Shown here: positions 39,247-48,465 of the stretch, one piece after another
How the letters are laid out: the number at the start of each line of letters is the position of its first letter
How positions within the stretch are numbered: the stretch's first letter is position 1
NCBI GenBank assembly: GCA_001800135.1
Contig: MGUU01000011.1
Coordinates: 8,842 to 72,841 of the forward strand
DNA from: Elusimicrobia bacterium RIFCSPLOWO2_02_FULL_39_32
GTDB taxonomy: Bacteria > Elusimicrobiota > Elusimicrobia > 2-02-FULL-39-32
Direction: 5' to 3'
Length of the DNA: 64,000 bases
Program-made: the position numbers and the translations under genes
The notes under the pieces: model-generated
Databases searched by the model: none
What the model was told of the DNA's origin: nothing
What the model saw: the letters and a program-made list of their open reading frames with translations, nothing else

Positions 39247-40752
39247 ATGACCTCTACCCCTTTCAATAGATATATATTGAACAAGAGTAAAATAAAATTC
39301 AATCTATGTTTTTTTATCACAGCCATTCATATGGTATTATTTTTCTTTTTACCTACAAGACTTATAGCAGGTCCAGGGAAAACCGATCTTTTCCTTGAAA
39401 AAGAATATGGCCCCTACGATGAAGTTGATTATCTTACCGGTTTATTTAGATTTGCTTTTACTTATAAAAAGAATGGAAAAGAATATCTAAATGTGGACGG
39501 TAAAAATTATGGCCCTTATGGCTATCTCCATTTTGGAGATAAACTTAAAATGAAAGATTGTTGGGGTTTTCTTTATATGCAAGAAAATAAAAAAGAGTTT
39601 TCCATTATTGTCAATGATAAAGAATTTGGACCTTTTTTACCGCCAGAAGGTCTTGCTCCAGATTTAAGTTTTCAGATTGCACAAAAACATTGGGGTGTTC
39701 TATTTGTCAAAAATCAGGAAAGCTATATCCTGATAGATGGAAAAAATGAATATGGACCTTACAAAAAAGTAGAGTACTATTCTATTGATCAAGAAGGATG
39801 GCGCTTCTTACATATAAAGGACAATACCTTTTTTGTGCATGTGAATGGCAAAGAATTTGGTCCTTTCCCTGCTCCGGGTGTAAAAGAATATCTTTTTCTC
39901 CCAACTTTTGAAGTCATTGGAAAAAATTGGAGTGTCAGTTACTTAAATGAAGATTATTCCTGGAATCTTGTTATTAATGGCAAACTCTTTGGCCCTTTTA
40001 GAGAAGAATCTTACCAACCAGGCAGCTTAACTTTAAGTAATAATGGTTATGGGTTTATCTTTAAAAAAAATAATGAATGGTACTACCAGATCAATGGAAA
40101 AGAAAAAAAAGCAAGTGAAAATGAAGATCCTGAGTATAAAATTTTGAAAGAAAATTATTCAAAAAATTATACCAGAGAAATGAATCAAGAACCTTCCTAC
40201 CGCACTTCGATTGAACCTTATCTTATAAAAAGAAAGGAAAACACTTACATTGCTCTAAAGGGCATAACTTATGGACCATTCGCAACTGTAGAAGAAGAAG
40301 CATTCCTTACTCCCACCTATTGGGCTTTTTCCTATACCAAAGAATTAAACAGTGACCATCATTATGTAATGATCAATGGCAAAGAATATGGACCTTTTTC
40401 TGAAGAAGATTTTAGATTTATGCGTCTGCAAGTAGCCCCCACTCATTGGGGATTCGAGATGGAGAAGGATAACCAACTCTTCCTTGTTTTTGATGGACAA
40501 GAGTATGGTCCTTATGATACGGTCAATTATACGGGAGAACTTATGTTAAAAATTACAGATACAAATTTCGGTTTTGCATACAATAAAAAAAATGGCTCTT
40601 ATGTTCAAATTAATGGCAGAGAGTATGGGCCTGGCATAAAGGATTTTGTCATTTCAGAACCCTATTGGCTGATCCACTTGCAAGAAAAAGGAAAACAGTT
40701 TGTACGAGTTAGCCGTGGAACCCTCGATTCCACAAAACATCCTATTCCCTGA
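39247..40752 (+). CDS. secreted/membrane-anchored protein with ~10 tandem ~45-aa repeats (core NGKEYGP[FY])
   Basis: N-terminal hydrophobic segment. Recurring W-G-F...V/I-NGKE[FY]GP[FY] units: DGKNYGPYGY, NDKEFGPF, DGKNEYGPY, NGKEFGPF, NGKLFGPF, NGKEYGPF, DGQEYGPY, NGREYGPG. Confidence 0.6.
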   Translation: MTSTPFNRYILNKSKIKFNLCFFITAIHMVLFFFLPTRLIAGPGKTDLFLEKEYGPYDEVDYLTGLFRFAFTYKKNGKEYLNVDGKNYGPYGYLHFGDKLKMKDCWGFLYMQENKKEFSIIVNDKEFGPFLPPEGLAPDLSFQIAQKHWGVLFVKNQESYILIDGKNEYGPYKKVEYYSIDQEGWRFLHIKDNTFFVHVNGKEFGPFPAPGVKEYLFLPTFEVIGKNWSVSYLNEDYSWNLVINGKLFGPFREESYQPGSLTLSNNGYGFIFKKNNEWYYQINGKEKKASENEDPEYKILKENYSKNYTREMNQEPSYRTSIEPYLIKRKENTYIALKGITYGPFATVEEEAFLTPTYWAFSYTKELNSDHHYVMINGKEYGPFSEEDFRFMRLQVAPTHWGFEMEKDNQLFLVFDGQEYGPYDTVNYTGELMLKITDTNFGFAYNKKNGSYVQINGREYGPGIKDFVISEPYWLIHLQEKGKQFVRVSRGTLDSTKHPIP

Positions 40753-40891
40753 AACTAAAGCTAAATATTTTTTTCACTAGAGAAAAAATATAAATTGCCT
40801 AATAAATTTGGCAACTATAATTTAATATCTAATATCAAAAAATTGTAAAAAATTTCCGCCACTAATACAAAATTTTCAGTAAAAAAAAAGA

Positions 40892-42100
40892 TTAATAGGT
40901 AAGGTGATAGCCAATTGCGACGCTTTGGCCAGAATAGTTATAAGGCAGGTACTTCTCGAACTTATTGTTTGAAGTTGCTATAACGGAAGAATAAGTAATA
41001 GACATAGCAGATATCTCATTCAATTTTCTGCGTAAACCAGCAGTTAAAGTAACCATATTATTTTTTTGCAGTTCGCCGCTAATAAAATTATTTGCTCCAT
41101 CCCTAGGCTGACGATTTGTGTACTCTCTCCTCTTATAGTCAAAAACTCCGCTTAGCGCGGTTTTCTTTGTAAAATTCATATAGAGTGGAACAGCAAAGCC
41201 AAGTTCATTATGATTATAGTAACTGGAAGCAAAGGTTGGGGCTATATCTGTAGCAGATTTAAAAAGAAGAAAATTTTGGTTTGAACGATGCTGCGTATAT
41301 GTGATATTAGGCGAGGTTTCAAAAATCCAAAGTTTCCCTTGAAACCCTCCGTTTACAATCACCCGAGTATCTTTCTGAGCAGTGGTTCCATATTTTCCAT
41401 TTGATTCAACAACCTTCTCTTTATCAAAATCATTGATAAGATAACGAATTTTTCCAAAAGCCTTATTCCATGTAAAAGAAAATGTCCCTTCCATTGCTTT
41501 TGTGTCCTTAAGACAGCAGGCAAGCTCAGAATTCGAACTCAGTCCCTGAAACTCACGGATAATATCGCTGTAGTTAGGGAGCTTAACAACCCTGTATGCT
41601 CCCAAAAACGTAAAAACCGCATTCCTGTTAAAAAAATCAAATGAATAGTCAGCGGCTAGTTGTCCGCCAGTTGTTTTGCTATCGTAAAGACCTTCTCCCC
41701 AGACCTCGTTGGCTGCGGTTCTAGAATAGGTAAACCCATAGTTAGCTCCGGGCCTAACCCTAAACCAATCAAAAATTTGCCAGCGGTATTCCCCATTAAA
41801 ATTATGAGAAAGTTCCTTAGAGCCAAATTCTTTGGTATCAGGAAAACGAAACCCCTCTCCATTAAAACCAAGATCATAAAGCGCAAAAATTGAATGACTC
41901 TCAGCAATTTTTGAAAGCAAACCCACGCTCATGTTGACATTAGCGCCTGAAAAAAAATCACCCTTTGTTGGGAGATACGCGCCTTGCATCATGTTCATAT
42001 TAAAATAAGGCGTAAATCTTTTACTTTCCGCTGGAACTGCCCAAAGGCTTCCACTCCCAATTAAACTAAAAAAAGCTAATAATATTGATAACGTTTTCAT
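40892..42100 (-). CDS. outer-membrane beta-barrel protein (putative)
   Basis: Signal peptide, alternating amphipathic strands, C-terminal aromatic ...GYHLTY. Confidence 0.55.
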   Translation of the reverse strand: MKTLSILLAFFSLIGSGSLWAVPAESKRFTPYFNMNMMQGAYLPTKGDFFSGANVNMSVGLLSKIAESHSIFALYDLGFNGEGFRFPDTKEFGSKELSHNFNGEYRWQIFDWFRVRPGANYGFTYSRTAANEVWGEGLYDSKTTGGQLAADYSFDFFNRNAVFTFLGAYRVVKLPNYSDIIREFQGLSSNSELACCLKDTKAMEGTFSFTWNKAFGKIRYLINDFDKEKVVESNGKYGTTAQKDTRVIVNGGFQGKLWIFETSPNITYTQHRSNQNFLLFKSATDIAPTFASSYYNHNELGFAVPLYMNFTKKTALSGVFDYKRREYTNRQPRDGANNFISGELQKNNMVTLTAGLRRKLNEISAMSITYSSVIATSNNKFEKYLPYNYSGQSVAIGYHLTY

Positions 42101-42885
42101 TAGAAATTAAAATGAAAATTGACCTGCGGCTGCATAATGAATACTGATTCAGGATAGATATTCAAACCAAGTTCCAAATATTTGCGATACCAGCTCACCT
42201 TTGCAGAGATCAAATTATTTTTTACTCCGTAACCGCCTTCTAAAATCCACCGTTTATTTTCACCGTAAGTATGCTCAAGACCAGCAGAAAGAGTATGTTC
42301 TTTCAAACCCCCTTTAAAACTGCTAACTGAACTTCCTAAAATCTTCTCGGACTTATTCAAATCAATATCAATATCCAATAGAGAATACTTATAACCCCAA
42401 AAAAGACGAACCCGTGGTTCTAAAGAGCTGGTCATTATTAATGCGCCATAATAACCTTTTAAATCCGCTCTTTTAAGTTTGGTGTCTGCATCGGACGATT
42501 TCGAATTTTTATCCTCTATCAAAGGAGTTAAAAGGGATTGCCAATAACCTCCAACCATATCAAACTGCGGCAATCCCGGATAAAGCCGTCCTTCAGGATG
42601 TAAACGAAATTTTCCGGAAAGATTCCCGGCAGAAGTTAAATCCGGCAATGGCACAATTAAAATCCCGCCTAAAAAATGGTAGTTCAACCCTATCTTCTTA
42701 CCTGTAGGAAGAGGATTGGTGGACTCCATATTCCTTTGAAATTCATAGATAAAAAGAGGAGGATTAGCTAATAATTTACCAGCTTGTTGAATAGCAAAAC
42801 TTTGAAACTGATTTTCCGCAAAAGAAAAAGAAATTATGCTGAAAAAAATAAACGATGAAAAAAATGTAAATTTAAATGTTCGCAT
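42100..42885 (-). CDS. outer-membrane beta-barrel protein (putative)
   Basis: Signal peptide, C-terminal ...NFHFNF. Start and stop overlap the neighbouring genes (ATGA junctions). Confidence 0.55.
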   Translation of the reverse strand: MRTFKFTFFSSFIFFSIISFSFAENQFQSFAIQQAGKLLANPPLFIYEFQRNMESTNPLPTGKKIGLNYHFLGGILIVPLPDLTSAGNLSGKFRLHPEGRLYPGLPQFDMVGGYWQSLLTPLIEDKNSKSSDADTKLKRADLKGYYGALIMTSSLEPRVRLFWGYKYSLLDIDIDLNKSEKILGSSVSSFKGGLKEHTLSAGLEHTYGENKRWILEGGYGVKNNLISAKVSWYRKYLELGLNIYPESVFIMQPQVNFHFNF

Positions 42886-44585
42886 TATTGGGTTGTTTTA
42901 AGAACATCTCCGCTGGTAGCAAGAGTTTTAAGAATAGAAACAGCAATATCCGGAGTGACCACAACATCCACGTTCCTTTTTGCTGAGTTACCGCCTGAAA
43001 AATTGGTGGCATCCACACTCCCAGGCGTGTTCGCAGAATCCTGTTTAGCAAAAATAACTACCTGGGCTGCAGTATCCTTAAAGAAAATATCAAAACTATT
43101 GGACCCGCCTGTAAAATCTGAAATATTCCTTATTTTCCCGCCATTATCAATAACAAAATTTTCAGTTGCCAGCCAAAGTTTTTGTGTGCTATCCGCGTAT
43201 TGCTGCCAACGCCTTGCTTCTGATCGGTAAAGTTCTCCATTAGTTCCATCAGTTCTAATATAGTCAATCGTTGTATCTTGCACAAAACGCGTTAAACCGC
43301 TAACATTATTACTGTTGTCTAACTCTAATGAGAATAATTTTTCTCTTCCTGTTTTTCCTCCGCCTGTACCCAAAGTTCCAACAAATAAATCTGACTTAAT
43401 ATCATCATTTCCATTGACAACAGGATCTCTTTTACCTAAATAACCTATAGCAAACACGCTGTCAACATCTGTTTGGTTTGCTACAACTAATTGCGCTTTC
43501 TCTACCTTTAAAGTATCTTTATTTTCTTGAAAAAATCCTGGAATTTCATTAATTTGCTCAGGCAATTCTTTATTAAACTCCACTTTCCCAATCACAACAT
43601 CTACCCGGGCCACATTGCTTCCATTATAAGCATAGGTGCGCAATCCTCCGGAACTATATCCTGTCCTTTTCACAACATTTAACACCTGCATGGTCTTGCT
43701 ATTCGGGCGATCCAAACGCTGCTCCACTTGAACCAAATTTCCATGAATATCTTTAAGAGTTCTGCCAGAAGCAAAATCTGCTTCCCTTGTGGTCTCTACT
43801 TGACCTCTAACGTCTTGGTTTATGTCCCGCGCGCTGGCAGCATACTGACGAATATCCGCTCTTTTACTTTCATTCTCCTTTAACTGATCTTGGCGTTTAT
43901 CCTCCGGAACCTCCGGATCCCAATTTTCCAGAGCATTGATCTCTTGTTCCCGAGTAAGCACGGAAATTATGCCATCTGAAAAGCTATGCCCTTGCGTTAA
44001 AGTTACATTAAGCCCGGTAGCGACCTCTTTAATCTCGCCTGTCTTCTCATCTACTTCTTTAACAGTGGTCAATTTGACGTCATCTTTATTTTCCATAACC
44101 GACGCTGCGCTTTGCAAAAGATTTCCCACATCCCCAATCTTAATTTCGCCGAATGCAACTTGATATGCGGTCGGTTTACTTCCATCCCATTCGGATGTAA
44201 AAACTGTCCCGCGCACCGCAGCAACTGAACGGCCGGTCCTTAAATAAAATTTTTCTTTCCTTTTTAAATGCGGCACGCGCACCTTAAGAGAACCAACATT
44301 TAAAGCGATCTGGTTTTTTTGAGTTACTTGTTTTTCAATTTCCATGCTGGTATTTTCTTTAAGCCATATAATAGATTTATTAGGGAATAAAAGAGAGGCT
44401 CTGCTTTTTTCAGCTGTACGGATGGAAGCTCCTTGAGGAACTTCAGCGCCAAGAGTTGCAGATTGCCACTCCGCAGTTGAGTTTAAACGTACTTCCACAT
44501 TGCCGCTAATGCCTGAGATTTTAATGCCTTCGCTAAAGGCTAAGGTGGGTAGAAAAAAAGCGATAATAAAAATAAACTTTTTCAC
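42885..44585 (-). CDS. secreted FecR-domain protein (large periplasmic/surface protein)
   Basis: N-terminal FecR-like domain (G.VEVRL..T..W..A..G..V..G..I.T...S.A.L.F....I.L...T...I). A GTG at 44583-44585 gives a canonical signal peptide MKKFIFIIAFFLPTLAFS/EG. Confidence 0.55.
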   Translation of the reverse strand: MKKFIFIIAFFLPTLAFSEGIKISGISGNVEVRLNSTAEWQSATLGAEVPQGASIRTAEKSRASLLFPNKSIIWLKENTSMEIEKQVTQKNQIALNVGSLKVRVPHLKRKEKFYLRTGRSVAAVRGTVFTSEWDGSKPTAYQVAFGEIKIGDVGNLLQSAASVMENKDDVKLTTVKEVDEKTGEIKEVATGLNVTLTQGHSFSDGIISVLTREQEINALENWDPEVPEDKRQDQLKENESKRADIRQYAASARDINQDVRGQVETTREADFASGRTLKDIHGNLVQVEQRLDRPNSKTMQVLNVVKRTGYSSGGLRTYAYNGSNVARVDVVIGKVEFNKELPEQINEIPGFFQENKDTLKVEKAQLVVANQTDVDSVFAIGYLGKRDPVVNGNDDIKSDLFVGTLGTGGGKTGREKLFSLELDNSNNVSGLTRFVQDTTIDYIRTDGTNGELYRSEARRWQQYADSTQKLWLATENFVIDNGGKIRNISDFTGGSNSFDIFFKDTAAQVVIFAKQDSANTPGSVDATNFSGGNSAKRNVDVVVTPDIAVSILKTLATSGDVLKTTQ

Positions 44586-44745
44586 TATGGCACAATTATG
44601 CAAAAATAAAATGAAACTTGTCAATAGGAAAAAATAAAAAAATTAAAATTATGTATTCTAAAAAAACCAATTTAATCTAATTAATGATAAAATGAGTAAA
44701 ATCTTTAACTAAATTTGTGCCATAAGCAAGAAGTAAAAACTAACA

Positions 44746-45216
44746 ATGAAATGGAATTTTAAAAGTTTCTCATGGAAACACATACTTCCAATATTTATAA
44801 GTTTATCCATTGGCATAGGCGCTGGGCTTAGCATCTATACTTTTATTTATGCAAAAGGATATTCTTACTTAAGCAATAATCCAGAAGCATGCGCGAATTG
44901 CCACATCATGAATGATCAATATAATGGATGGATTAAATCCAGCCATCACACAGCAGCAACCTGTAATGATTGTCATACGCCGCATAATCCGCTTGGAAAA
45001 TATAAGACTAAGGCTGCAAACGGATTCTGGCATTCATTTTATTTCACTACAGGAAATTTTAATGAACCTATTCGAATTAAAGCGCATAATAAGGAAATTG
45101 CTGAAAATAATTGCCGAAGATGCCATCAAGATATTGTGATCGCCATGGATGGTCCTCATAAAAAGACCGATCATCTCTCTTGTGTTCAGTGCCATGGCTC
45201 TGTAGGACATCCTTAA
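44746..45216 (+). CDS. nrfH: cytochrome c nitrite reductase small subunit NrfH (NapC/NirT tetraheme quinol dehydrogenase)
   Basis: N-terminal TM helix and four CXXCH motifs (CANCH, CNDCH, CRRCH, CVQCH); 156 aa. Confidence 0.85.
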   Translation: MKWNFKSFSWKHILPIFISLSIGIGAGLSIYTFIYAKGYSYLSNNPEACANCHIMNDQYNGWIKSSHHTAATCNDCHTPHNPLGKYKTKAANGFWHSFYFTTGNFNEPIRIKAHNKEIAENNCRRCHQDIVIAMDGPHKKTDHLSCVQCHGSVGHP

Positions 45217-45267
45217 AACTAAATACTAGTGTAGTGTAACATACATTATATAAGGAGACAGTGTCAG

Positions 45268-46683
45268 ATGAAAAATAACCGTTTTAGCATGCTAATTTTA
45301 GTAGGAATCATAGCCTCTATTTCAGCGCTCGGAATCACAGCTTTATTAATCAACATATTTGAACGCAAACAAGAGAGCAAAAATCCATTTTTCCGAGTTG
45401 TAGAACTTACAGATGAAACCGAAGACGCTTCTATCTGGGGGAAAAATTTTCCTTTACAATACGATGGGTATAAACGTACCGTAGATATGGTAAGAACCAA
45501 GTATGGAGGGAGCGAGGCTGTACCAAGAACCCCAACACAAGCAGACCCAAGATCCATTGTTGCTCAATCCAAACTAGAACAAGATCCGCGCTTAAAAATA
45601 ATCTGGGCAGGCTATGCTTTTTCCAAAGATTTCAGAGAAGAAAGAGGCCATGCTTATATGTTAGAAGACCAGACTTTTACTGAAAGACAAATTGCAGCCC
45701 CGCAGCCAGGAACTTGCATGCATTGCCACGCATCACTCTACGTTGCCTACAGAAAATTAGGAAATGGAGATTTGATTAAAGGATTTGAAAAAATGAATCA
45801 GATGCCTTACTTTGAAGCGCGAAAACATGTGCAACATCCAATTTCCTGCATTGACTGCCATGATCCAAAAACCATGCAGTTAAGGGTAACCCGTCCTGGA
45901 TTTTTAGAAGGAATGAAAACGCTAAAAGCTGCTCAAGGGATAAAAAACTATGATGTGAATACCATGGCCACTCGCCAAGAAATGCGTTCTTTTGTATGCG
46001 GTCAGTGCCATGTAGAATATTATTTTAAAGGAAAAGAAAAACGTCTGGTCTATCCTTGGGCTAACGGATTAAAAGTGGATGAAATCATGGCCTATTATGA
46101 CCAGAACCAGCATAAAGATTGGGTTCATAAAGAGACAGGAGCCGAGGTTCTTAAAGCTCAACATCCAGAATTTGAAATGTGGAACCAAGGAATTCACGCA
46201 AGAGCAGGTGTGGCCTGCGCTGATTGCCATATGCCTTATAAAAGAGAAGGGGCAATGAAAATAAGCGACCACCATGTTCGCAGTCCTTTACTCAACATTA
46301 ATCGCTCCTGCCAAACCTGCCATAAAGCCTCTGAGCAAGAGCTAAGAGAACGGGTAGAGATAATCCAACAACGCACCTTTGGTTTACGGAACCAAGCTAT
46401 GGATGCTTTAATTGAATTTATTCTTGACATAAAAAGCGCTAAAGCCAAAGATGCAAATAATCCGCAATTAGCCTTAGCCAGAGATTATCAACGTAAAGCG
46501 CAGTTCCGCCTTGATTTTGTAGAAGCGGAAAATTCCACCGGTTTTCATGCTCCCCAAGAAGCAGCTCGCATCCTAGCAGACTCGATCAATTTAGTGCGCA
46601 AAGGACAAAGAATTCTTTTAGAACGCAATAAACCCAAGAACCGCGATTCAGACGGACTGGATTCCCGCTTTCCTAGGGAATGA
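45268..46683 (+). CDS. nrfA: pentaheme cytochrome c nitrite reductase NrfA
   Basis: Signal/TM anchor and five heme motifs (CMHCH, CIDCH, CGQCH, CADCH, CQTCH) with NrfA spacing. 471 aa, immediately downstream of nrfH. Confidence 0.85.
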   Translation: MKNNRFSMLILVGIIASISALGITALLINIFERKQESKNPFFRVVELTDETEDASIWGKNFPLQYDGYKRTVDMVRTKYGGSEAVPRTPTQADPRSIVAQSKLEQDPRLKIIWAGYAFSKDFREERGHAYMLEDQTFTERQIAAPQPGTCMHCHASLYVAYRKLGNGDLIKGFEKMNQMPYFEARKHVQHPISCIDCHDPKTMQLRVTRPGFLEGMKTLKAAQGIKNYDVNTMATRQEMRSFVCGQCHVEYYFKGKEKRLVYPWANGLKVDEIMAYYDQNQHKDWVHKETGAEVLKAQHPEFEMWNQGIHARAGVACADCHMPYKREGAMKISDHHVRSPLLNINRSCQTCHKASEQELRERVEIIQQRTFGLRNQAMDALIEFILDIKSAKAKDANNPQLALARDYQRKAQFRLDFVEAENSTGFHAPQEAARILADSINLVRKGQRILLERNKPKNRDSDGLDSRFPRE

Positions 46684-46797
46684 CGACGAAGAAAAAACCA
46701 ATCGCTGAGTTTGGGATAAAGAAAGACGATTGGAATAAAAAGGTAAATGTTGTAGAATAAACGCTCTTAAAATTTTAAAAACAAGGACTTTTAATCA

Positions 46798-47139
46798 ATG
46801 AGATGGCTCTTAAGGTCAAAACTACATAAAGCGATTGTAACTGAATCGCGCTTAGACTATATCGGCAGCATTACCATAGATGAGGACTTAATTGAAAAAG
46901 CTGGTTTCTGGCCAGGAGAAAAAGTGCTAGTCTCCAGCAACACTACAGGCCAAAGATTAGAAACTTATATTATGGTAGGAAAACAAGGTTCTGGAACTAT
47001 CTGCATGAATGGAGCCGCTGCCCATCGAATTAAGGTAGGAGAAGAAATCATTGTCATGGGTTTTGAGCTTACAGATAAACCAATTCCAGCCAAGAACGTT
47101 CTCCTAGATAAAAATAATAAGTTCTTAAAATATCTTTAA
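46798..47139 (+). CDS. panD: aspartate 1-decarboxylase (pyruvoyl-dependent)
   Basis: M..LL.SKLH.A.VT...L.Y.GS..ID.DL...AG. Confidence 0.85.
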   Translation: MRWLLRSKLHKAIVTESRLDYIGSITIDEDLIEKAGFWPGEKVLVSSNTTGQRLETYIMVGKQGSGTICMNGAAAHRIKVGEEIIVMGFELTDKPIPAKNVLLDKNNKFLKYL

Positions 47140-47196
47140 AAAATTATTTTAAGAACCTCGACTAGTAAAAACAACTAGAAACAAATTAAAATTCTT

Positions 47197-47583
47197 TTAA
47201 ACCTTTCCATATTCAGCTTCAATTGTGGTTGTAATCCCGCCCCGCGGAGTAAACTCTCCTTTAATATAGACCCATTTTGGTTTGCAGACTGAAATGAAAT
47301 CTTTCAAAATTCGGTTCACTGCGTTCTCATAAAAAATGCCAATATTCCTATAAGCATGAACATAATATTTAAAAGATTTTAACTCTACGCAAGATTGATT
47401 GGGAATATAGGTAAGAGTAATGACGCCAAAATCTGGCAAACCTGTTTTTGGACAGATAGAAGTATATTCTGGAACGCATATGGTAATCTTGTAATTTTTA
47501 AATTGTGTGGGGAAAGATTCCATCTTCGGCAAAGGAACATCTAACCCTTTTCTTGAAAATTTATTTTTTTCATCTTTTGTCAT
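47197..47583 (-). CDS. queF: NADPH-dependent 7-cyano-7-deazaguanine reductase (type I)
   Basis: E.TS.CP.TG.PDF..I...Y.P...C.E.KS.K.Y QueF motif with the catalytic Cys. Confidence 0.85.
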   Translation of the reverse strand: MTKDEKNKFSRKGLDVPLPKMESFPTQFKNYKITICVPEYTSICPKTGLPDFGVITLTYIPNQSCVELKSFKYYVHAYRNIGIFYENAVNRILKDFISVCKPKWVYIKGEFTPRGGITTTIEAEYGKV

Positions 47584-47654
47584 ATTTTAGCTCCTATCCA
47601 AATTCAACAATCTCTTGAGTATGAGTGCTCCTAAGCACGATTTTTTAGTTTCTC

Positions 47655-48389
47655 TTAATTTGTTTTCCTTGCCAACCAATGGATCAGCGCGGTAAAAAAC
47701 CGCACATATTGGTCGCCCACTTCAATTTTAATTTTACTGTTCACAGAAAGTTTCATTCTTTTGCTTCCCCAATCTACCATTCCCCCGCACCAGTGAGGCG
47801 CGATATCGCATGTAAAAGCTGCGCATCTATCTTGAGAATTAGAATCCACAACAAGCAACGGGACTTCTCCCTTAAGGACCAAGCCACTATTAGAAAAATG
47901 GATGGGTTTAGCGTTTAGCAAAACCATGCTGTTCTTTTTTAAACTGACCTCATTTAACCCGCAAAGGATTGGAGCGTTCTTAAAATTAACTGATTGAAAC
48001 ATTTTATGTTTTTGATTTTGCGCCATTAAAGCGCCGCTGGAAAAATTTCTTCTATCATCTTTTTTTAAGCAGCGCACAGGCAAAAGTTTCTCGATTAAAG
48101 AATTGCGCCAAGAACCGTTTAATCCTGTGAAGGAGCCCCAGCCTCCAATCATTAAAAAACCTGCGCCATTTTGCACCTGCTCAACAACTATTTTTTGTGA
48201 AGAGTCTGGCGCTGAGTCTCGTGAATAATCACTAAAAATAATTACATCAAACTGTTTTTTAAAATGTTGGCTGGACAAAATTTCTGCTGGAGCTAGATGC
48301 AAAACATCTGCTCTTAAAAAATTTAGAATTCCAAGCAGATAGTTAGCAGATCCACCTAAAGGACTATCTCCAGCGTATAAAACTTTCAT
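47655..48389 (-). CDS. hypothetical protein, possibly class-I glutamine-amidotransferase-like fold
   Basis: MKVLYAGDSP.GGSANYL... N-terminus and overall size only. Weak recall of a GATase1-like family. Confidence 0.3.
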   Translation of the reverse strand: MKVLYAGDSPLGGSANYLLGILNFLRADVLHLAPAEILSSQHFKKQFDVIIFSDYSRDSAPDSSQKIVVEQVQNGAGFLMIGGWGSFTGLNGSWRNSLIEKLLPVRCLKKDDRRNFSSGALMAQNQKHKMFQSVNFKNAPILCGLNEVSLKKNSMVLLNAKPIHFSNSGLVLKGEVPLLVVDSNSQDRCAAFTCDIAPHWCGGMVDWGSKRMKLSVNSKIKIEVGDQYVRFFTALIHWLARKTN

Positions 48390-48465
48390 TTAAAGAACCT
48401 CCACAACGCTAAATTTTTATCCCTCTTTAAAACCAACTCCAAATAAAATGGTTTCATCTTTTATT

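Noticed and set aside
41656-41907. Paired plus- and minus-strand 77-83-aa ORFs inside the 40892-42100 OMP gene
   Set aside because: They are fully contained in the longer, signal-peptide-bearing ORF. There is no independent support.
46700-46745. Inverted repeat CCAATCG-N27-CGATTGG after nrfA as a terminator
   Set aside because: The loop is too large and no U-tract follows. At most it is a weak structure.
47584-47654. preQ1 riboswitch upstream of queF
   Set aside because: Only a 5-bp hairpin (GTGCTtaggAGCAC) is present. There is no preQ1-I/II consensus loop or A-rich tail.
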